From an uncultured Sphingobacteriales bacterium (lineage in GTDB: Bacteria; Bacteroidota; Bacteroidia; CAILMK01; CAYYUA01), in NCBI GenBank assembly GCA_964561545.1, contig CAZLQF010000014.1:7401-71400 (forward strand): DNA of 64,000 nucleotides, written 5' to 3'. Below, one piece after another: positions 58,908-64,000 of this stretch. The notes under the pieces are model-generated. The model searched no databases. It was not told where the DNA came from and saw nothing but the letters and a program-made list of their open reading frames with translations. The stretch's first letter is position 1. Each line of letters begins with the position of its first letter. The position numbers were made by a program, and so were the translations under genes.

Positions 58908-59363
58908 ATGCAGATCATATTGAATGAAGACATCGATAAGTTAGGCTATAAAAACGACATTGTGGAAGTGAAACCGGGTTATGCCCGTAATTACCTCATT
59001 CCGCAAGGAATGGCGAAAGTAGCCAATGAGCCCAATAAAAAGATGTTGAGAGAAAACTTGAGGCAAGCATCTCATAAACTCCAAAAAATTAAGCAAGATG
59101 CTGAAAATCTATCGAGGCAGTTGGAGGCGACCAATGTTAATGTTACAACGAAAGTTGGTACAAGCGGAAAGATTTTTGGCTCCGTCAATACCCAGCATAT
59201 AGCCAAGGCTTTGAAAGAAAAAGGCTTTGATATTGACCGCAAGAAGATTAAACTTAATGAAGACATCAAGTATTTAGGAACCTATACGGCAGAAGTTGAA
59301 CTTCACAAAGAAGTGAAAGCTACCATCAATGTTACCGTAGAAGGTGAGCAGCAAGAAGCTTAA
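58908..59363 (+). CDS. rplI: 50S ribosomal protein L9
   Basis: MQIILNEDIDKLGYKNDIVEVKPGYARNYLIPQGMA. Confidence 0.93.
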   Translation: MQIILNEDIDKLGYKNDIVEVKPGYARNYLIPQGMAKVANEPNKKMLRENLRQASHKLQKIKQDAENLSRQLEATNVNVTTKVGTSGKIFGSVNTQHIAKALKEKGFDIDRKKIKLNEDIKYLGTYTAEVELHKEVKATINVTVEGEQQEA

Positions 59364-59395
59364 ACTTACCTTATCTCCTTTATTTTACTTATAAA

Positions 59396-59428
59396 ACAAA
59401 AAATCCGCCTTTGAGCGGATTTTTTGTT
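59396..59428 (+). terminator. rho-independent (bidirectional) terminator after rplI
   Basis: AAAAAATCCGC-ctttga-GCGGATTTTTTGTTTTT is a perfect 7-bp GC-containing stem followed by a T-run. The opposite strand also has an A/T run, serving the convergent isochorismatase-family gene. Confidence 0.7.
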
Positions 59429-59470
59429 TTTAAAATCTTAAGATAAAAATGACTTTAATAAGCCAATGAA

Positions 59471-60163
59471 TTAAGCCTCCACCTTCTCAAATTTCAAAGC
59501 CGATGACTCGGCAAATTTGACACTTTTCTCTTCCATTTCTTCTTCGGCCTTTTCTATTCTACCCTCGGGCGAACCTACTGGTTGGGTTAGGTCTAACAGG
59601 GTATACACTTCATAATTTTTGGTTGCGCCATCCACAGCAGTAAAAAAGACGCAGTAATCAAAAGCCAATCCGGCAATAAAAATCCGCTTTACATTCCTAT
59701 CCCTCAAATAACCATCTAAACCCGTTTCTGTTTGGTGGTCGTTTTCTATAAAGCCCGAATAGCTGTCAATTTCTTTATTGTAGCCTTTTCGAATAATTGC
59801 ATTGGCAGGTTTTGTATTGAGATCGGGTGCAAATTCAGCACCCTTAGAACCCTGTACACAATGTTCTGGCCATAAAACAGGCCCTAATGCTTCGGCATGG
59901 AATTCATCAAATGGTTGCTTTCCCTCATGGGCAATGGCAAATGAATAGTGTCCCTCCGGATGCCAATCCTGAGTGAAGATTACCGGTAGGTTAAGTTCCG
60001 TGAATTTTTGGATGGTTTGATTGATATTTGGTACGATAGGATCGCCAGGCTGGGTCGCCAAAGCACCGCCTGGTAAAAAGTCATTCTGCACATCAACAAC
60101 AATTAGTGCATCGCCTTCTCGTATCAGTATTTCATTTTCATATTTGGCCGTTTTAAGCTCCAT
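59471..60163 (-). CDS. isochorismatase-family cysteine hydrolase (nicotinamidase/pyrazinamidase PncA-like)
   Basis: LIVVDVQNDFLPGGALA, and catalytic Cys in GLAFDYCV. Confidence 0.7.
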   Translation of the reverse strand: MELKTAKYENEILIREGDALIVVDVQNDFLPGGALATQPGDPIVPNINQTIQKFTELNLPVIFTQDWHPEGHYSFAIAHEGKQPFDEFHAEALGPVLWPEHCVQGSKGAEFAPDLNTKPANAIIRKGYNKEIDSYSGFIENDHQTETGLDGYLRDRNVKRIFIAGLAFDYCVFFTAVDGATKNYEVYTLLDLTQPVGSPEGRIEKAEEEMEEKSVKFAESSALKFEKVEA

Positions 60164-60238
60164 AAATAATACTTTTAGGGTTAATTTTTACAAGAAAACT
60201 ACAAAGCCAACTTCTTAGTTTTACTAATAGGTTAAAAT

Positions 60239-61603
60239 CTAAAACTTAAGTTTTTCTTCCTTAATTTGATGCTCCCAAAGTTTTGCTCCCTCCTTGTTAA
60301 ACACCTCAATTTTGAGTTTACGCGAATCATCTTCCCCGCTAACACCAATCCGGGCAAAATTCTGTTTCTTTACCTTGGTACCATCCACGCGGTAAGGGTT
60401 GTCTTCTTCTTTTCCCAGGCTTGAGGGTGCAGCTGAAGTCAAAGGGGAGCATGTAAAATCATACAACGGGTAGTGGTCATCCTTTTCGATCTTGATTAAT
60501 TCTGTAAAATGACGGTCACCGGTTAAAAACATTATGCCTTCAATCCGCTCTTTTTCGATGAAACCCAATAATTGGTTTACCTCATAAGGGTAGTCCTGCA
60601 GGGTTTCATAACCGCTCAATGGATTGAGGACCTGGCCGCCAATTACAATCACCTTAAACGTGGCCCTTGAAGCCATTAGGCGATCCTTGAGCCATTGAAG
60701 TTGCTTTTTTCCTAATTGACGTTTTTCTGGATTGGGGTTGCCATTTGGCAAGAACGGGTCCTTGTAGTTATGAGAGCGGTGGTACCGGTTATCAAGCAAG
60801 AAGAAATCAACATCTGACCATCCAATTTTTGAATAGATGCCTTGATTGTTTGGTTCGCCATAAGTCTGGTTGCCCCAATAATCTTTAAATGCTTGAAGGG
60901 TTACATTTTTAAAAGGATACGTTTTACTGGAATTGTTTGGCCCGTAATCATGATCATCCCAAATGGCATAATTGGGCCTTGACCGCAAAAGTTTTTGCAT
61001 TTCTTCAGTTTGCCTGGTGTGATGGTAGCGGTAATAAATACCCGATTCAGAACTCCAATCAGCTTCTCTCAGGTAAATATTGTCACCACCCCAAAGCATG
61101 AAATCAGAGTCCGTATTGCCCATACTTTCAAAAATCTGGTAATCCTGGCCATATTCGTCACCCGGCCGGTCGTACTTCTCTTCATTGATGTAAGCACAAG
61201 ATCCAAACAAAAAGGAGAAATCGGGGGGTGGCTTTCGCCATTCCCACAAAGTCCTGGTTGAAAATGAATATTGCCGGGCTTGCTCGTTCATCTCATCACT
61301 TAGATGAATTTCATATTGGTAAGTGGTGCCCATTTTAAGATTCGGCAAGACGATGTTAACCGGGTTGTATTTTTGGTCCAGGGTTCCTTCATACTCATGA
61401 ACTTTTTTCTGCTCAAAATTTTCCTCGGGCCAGTATCGAATCGCTACATCTTTTACATCCTGGCTTACCTCCAGCCAGATTAAGACTTCGCGGTGCTCTG
61501 TGTAGCCCAGCATGGGACCTGCTGAAAGCTGATCATTAACTTGTCCGAATGTTTGAATGAGAGGTAATAAGAGGAAAGTAAATAAGAAAATCAAGTATTT
61601 CAT
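60239..61603 (-). CDS. alkaline phosphatase D (PhoD)-like metallophosphoesterase, secreted
   Basis: Signal peptide MKYLIFLFTFLLLPLIQTFG beginning at the internal ATG 61603. Metallophosphatase motifs GDNIY and WDDHDYGPN are present. The track ORF extends 45 nt further upstream. Confidence 0.6.
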   Translation of the reverse strand: MKYLIFLFTFLLLPLIQTFGQVNDQLSAGPMLGYTEHREVLIWLEVSQDVKDVAIRYWPEENFEQKKVHEYEGTLDQKYNPVNIVLPNLKMGTTYQYEIHLSDEMNEQARQYSFSTRTLWEWRKPPPDFSFLFGSCAYINEEKYDRPGDEYGQDYQIFESMGNTDSDFMLWGGDNIYLREADWSSESGIYYRYHHTRQTEEMQKLLRSRPNYAIWDDHDYGPNNSSKTYPFKNVTLQAFKDYWGNQTYGEPNNQGIYSKIGWSDVDFFLLDNRYHRSHNYKDPFLPNGNPNPEKRQLGKKQLQWLKDRLMASRATFKVIVIGGQVLNPLSGYETLQDYPYEVNQLLGFIEKERIEGIMFLTGDRHFTELIKIEKDDHYPLYDFTCSPLTSAAPSSLGKEEDNPYRVDGTKVKKQNFARIGVSGEDDSRKLKIEVFNKEGAKLWEHQIKEEKLKF

Positions 61604-61703
61604 GGTCAATTGATTTTTAAGCAAAAATCGGAATTGAGGTAGAATCAAGAAAAAAACCGTTTCAAGTTTTTGTAAAATCTTTGATATTTGAGGGCAAAAA
61701 GCA

Positions 61704-62990
61704 TTGAGCCTTTACACCTATTTAAAACGGTACACCCGGTACCCCCAACAAATTCAAGCGCGTCCGGCAGCTGATACCAACCTCATCGTAATCATTCCTT
61801 GCTTTAATGAGCCAGATCCATTCACCACCCTTGAATCCTTATGGGCAGCGGAGCGCCCTCAAAAGCCTGTTGAAGTTTTAATCATCATCAACCAATCTGA
61901 TGAGCATACACCGGAAGAAGTTAAAGCTTACCATGAAGACCTATATAAAAAACTTTTGGAATGGTGCCGGCATCACCAAGATGATCAGTTGAGGTTCTAT
62001 ACGTTACACTTTAAATCCATAAGGTCTAAAATTTTGGGTGTTGGCACAGCTCGTAAACTTGGGATGGACGAGGCTGCTTACCGTTTTTACAGCCTTGGCC
62101 ATGAACAGGGAATCATGGTCAATCTGGATGCCGACTGCACGGTTGAAAGCAATTACTTTAAGGCCATTGAGGACCATTTTAAAGCTAACAATACGCAAGC
62201 ATGCTCCATTTATTTTGAACATCCTTTGAGTGGTGACCATTCTGAAGCGATCTACCGGGCCATTATGGATTTCGAATTGTATTTGAGGTATTACAAGAAT
62301 GCTTTCTTATGGACGGGATTCCCTTATGCATACCATACCATCGGATCAGTAATGGCGAATACTTGCGAAGTCTATCACAAGATCGGGGGCATGAATAAAC
62401 AAAAAGCAGGCGAGGATTTTTATTTTATTCAAAAGCTTGTTTACCAAGGCCATTTTTCAGAACTTAACACAACCAGGGTGATTCCTGCTCCAAGAAAATC
62501 CCTGAGGGTTCCCTTTGGTACTGGGCAAGCCGTGACCGATTATGTAGAAGATGCCCTGGATTCGCTTGATGTTTTTAATCCTCAAAGTTTTTTGGCATTC
62601 CAGCAATTTATTGAAAGGGTGCCGGACTTATATAAGCTCGATCCCGATCAATCCTATGCATTTCTTGAATCTTTACCATTATCAGTAGCAACTTATCTGG
62701 CCAGGAATGATTTCAAATATTACCTGGCAGAGTGCCAGGAACATGTAAAAAACCAAGCCGTTTTTGTTAAGCGGTTCTATCATTGGTTCAATGCTTTCCA
62801 GGCATTGCAGTATTTGCATCATGCCCGAGATCATTATTACCCCAATGTACCCGTAGAAGAAGCCGCTCGTTGGCTATGTGACCAGTTGGGGCTAAGATTT
62901 AAATCGCAGCAAAAATTAGAGCTTCTTTACACCTTAAGGCAATTTGACAGGTATGGCGAAATAGCAAGGCCTCAAGTATTTGAAATTTAG
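61704..62990 (+). CDS. glycosyltransferase family 2-like protein with long C-terminal extension
   Basis: LIVIIPCFNEPD (GT2 N-terminal motif) and VNLDADCTV (DxD). The C-terminal ~200 aa are not recognised. Confidence 0.5.
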   Translation: MSLYTYLKRYTRYPQQIQARPAADTNLIVIIPCFNEPDPFTTLESLWAAERPQKPVEVLIIINQSDEHTPEEVKAYHEDLYKKLLEWCRHHQDDQLRFYTLHFKSIRSKILGVGTARKLGMDEAAYRFYSLGHEQGIMVNLDADCTVESNYFKAIEDHFKANNTQACSIYFEHPLSGDHSEAIYRAIMDFELYLRYYKNAFLWTGFPYAYHTIGSVMANTCEVYHKIGGMNKQKAGEDFYFIQKLVYQGHFSELNTTRVIPAPRKSLRVPFGTGQAVTDYVEDALDSLDVFNPQSFLAFQQFIERVPDLYKLDPDQSYAFLESLPLSVATYLARNDFKYYLAECQEHVKNQAVFVKRFYHWFNAFQALQYLHHARDHYYPNVPVEEAARWLCDQLGLRFKSQQKLELLYTLRQFDRYGEIARPQVFEI

Positions 62991-63099
62991 TCTGGAATTT
63001 TGGAATAGAGCCCCTTGATGCATTGGGGGTTAAGTTAAAAAAACAGGAAAGTGTTGTTTAAAGCTTTCGTTCATTGGTTCTTGCTAATTAAAAATGCCC

Positions 63100-63522
63100 T
63101 CAGCACTTGCCTCCATAAGTAGTATGGATCAAATTTTTGATCTCATCAACCATTCCTTGTGGCATGGCATCAGCGGCTGCGTGAAAGATTTGGTTTTTGG
63201 CTTCGTTCATGGCTTGATTTTCATCCAACCCTTGCTGTATAAAACGATTCGATGCTTCCAAGTACAACTCTTCAATGGCGCCAATTTCTTCCTGGAAATT
63301 CTTCAGTATCGGTTGTTTCAAGGGCTCAAAATTTTGCGGCAGCGCCGCCTCCATTTCAAATGCTTTTAGCAATACTACTTTAATGGTTAAGCCTAATACC
63401 ATATCTGTTTTGCCTTGCCACTTTTCACTGAATTGCTCCTCCACTTTATGATTAACCGACTCCATGATCCGGAGGGTAACATCCCTGATGGTTACTTGTT
63501 TTTCTTGTTGTTTCATTATCAA
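63100..63522 (-). CDS. hypothetical protein
   Basis: 140-aa helical, acidic protein. No motif recognised. Confidence 0.3.
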   Translation of the reverse strand: MIMKQQEKQVTIRDVTLRIMESVNHKVEEQFSEKWQGKTDMVLGLTIKVVLLKAFEMEAALPQNFEPLKQPILKNFQEEIGAIEELYLEASNRFIQQGLDENQAMNEAKNQIFHAAADAMPQGMVDEIKNLIHTTYGGKC

Positions 63523-63683
63523 TCAATTAAACGTCAAAAGCCAAATTTACAACAAAACATTTTTTCTTAGCAATAGGTAGGACCCTTTGCTTTGCTTATT
63601 TTTGCGGCGAAAAATGGAGCTAATTTAAACTTTTTTGTTCTTGTATTCATTTGGTATAATTAACAACTAACGTTTTTTTATTA

Positions 63684-64000
63684 ATGGTTATTATTGCATT
63701 CTTTATCGCACATTGGTATCTGTCTCTGTTCTGCCAAACTTTCTTTCATCACCGTTATGCAGCTCATGCGATGTTCACGATGAATAAAGTGTGGGAAAGG
63801 GCTTTTTATTTCTTGTCTTTTATCACCCAAGGGTCTTCCTATTTGAGTCCGTACTCATATGGCATTCTGCACCGAATGCATCATGCGCACGCAGACACAG
63901 AATTGGATCCGCACTCTCCTAAATACGATCGCAACCTTTTCTCCATGATGTGGCGAACTAAGGTAATCTATTCGGACATTTCTTCAGGTGACATCGAAAT
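63684..64000 (+). CDS. acyl-CoA/acyl-lipid delta-9 fatty acid desaturase (N-terminal part, runs off window)
   Basis: Translation gives MVIIAFFIAHWYLSLFCQTFFHHRYAAHAMF...GILHRMHHAHADTELDPHSP. These are His-box motifs HHRYAAH and HRMHHAHAD of membrane desaturases. No stop before the window end. Confidence 0.75.
   Translation, partial: MVIIAFFIAHWYLSLFCQTFFHHRYAAHAMFTMNKVWERAFYFLSFITQGSSYLSPYSYGILHRMHHAHADTELDPHSPKYDRNLFSMMWRTKVIYSDISSGDIE

Noticed and set aside
1-64000. CRISPR arrays, transposases, integrases, restriction-modification or toxin-antitoxin genes
   Set aside because: No direct-repeat/spacer periodicity is visible in any intergenic region. No ORF shows DDE transposase, tyrosine recombinase, MTase-REase or small TA-pair signatures.

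Overview
This 64-kb window reads as a core chromosomal segment of a Bacteroidota genome (Sphingobacteriia/Cytophagia/Saprospiria-like). It is densely packed with housekeeping genes. These include ahcY, leuS, topA, pruA, the rplM-rpsI-rpsB-tsf-pyrH translation cluster, efp-accB-accC, rpsF-rpsR-rplI, ksgA, rsmD, rsmI and aroK. Interspersed are Bacteroidota-typical envelope genes: three T9SS C-terminal-sorting-domain cargo proteins, a TonB-dependent receptor, several outer membrane beta-barrel proteins and a DUF1573 protein. One tRNA-Leu(CAG) is present. I found no CRISPR array, no integrase or transposase, no restriction-modification or toxin-antitoxin signature, and no obvious horizontally acquired island. 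The most unusual content is an MbnP/MbnH-like copper-protein plus di-haem peroxidase pair, a three-gene envelope operon with a ComEA-type helix-hairpin-helix outer membrane protein, and several unannotated small elements in long leader regions. I do not see a clearly novel defence-type system and treat this as a largely ordinary region.
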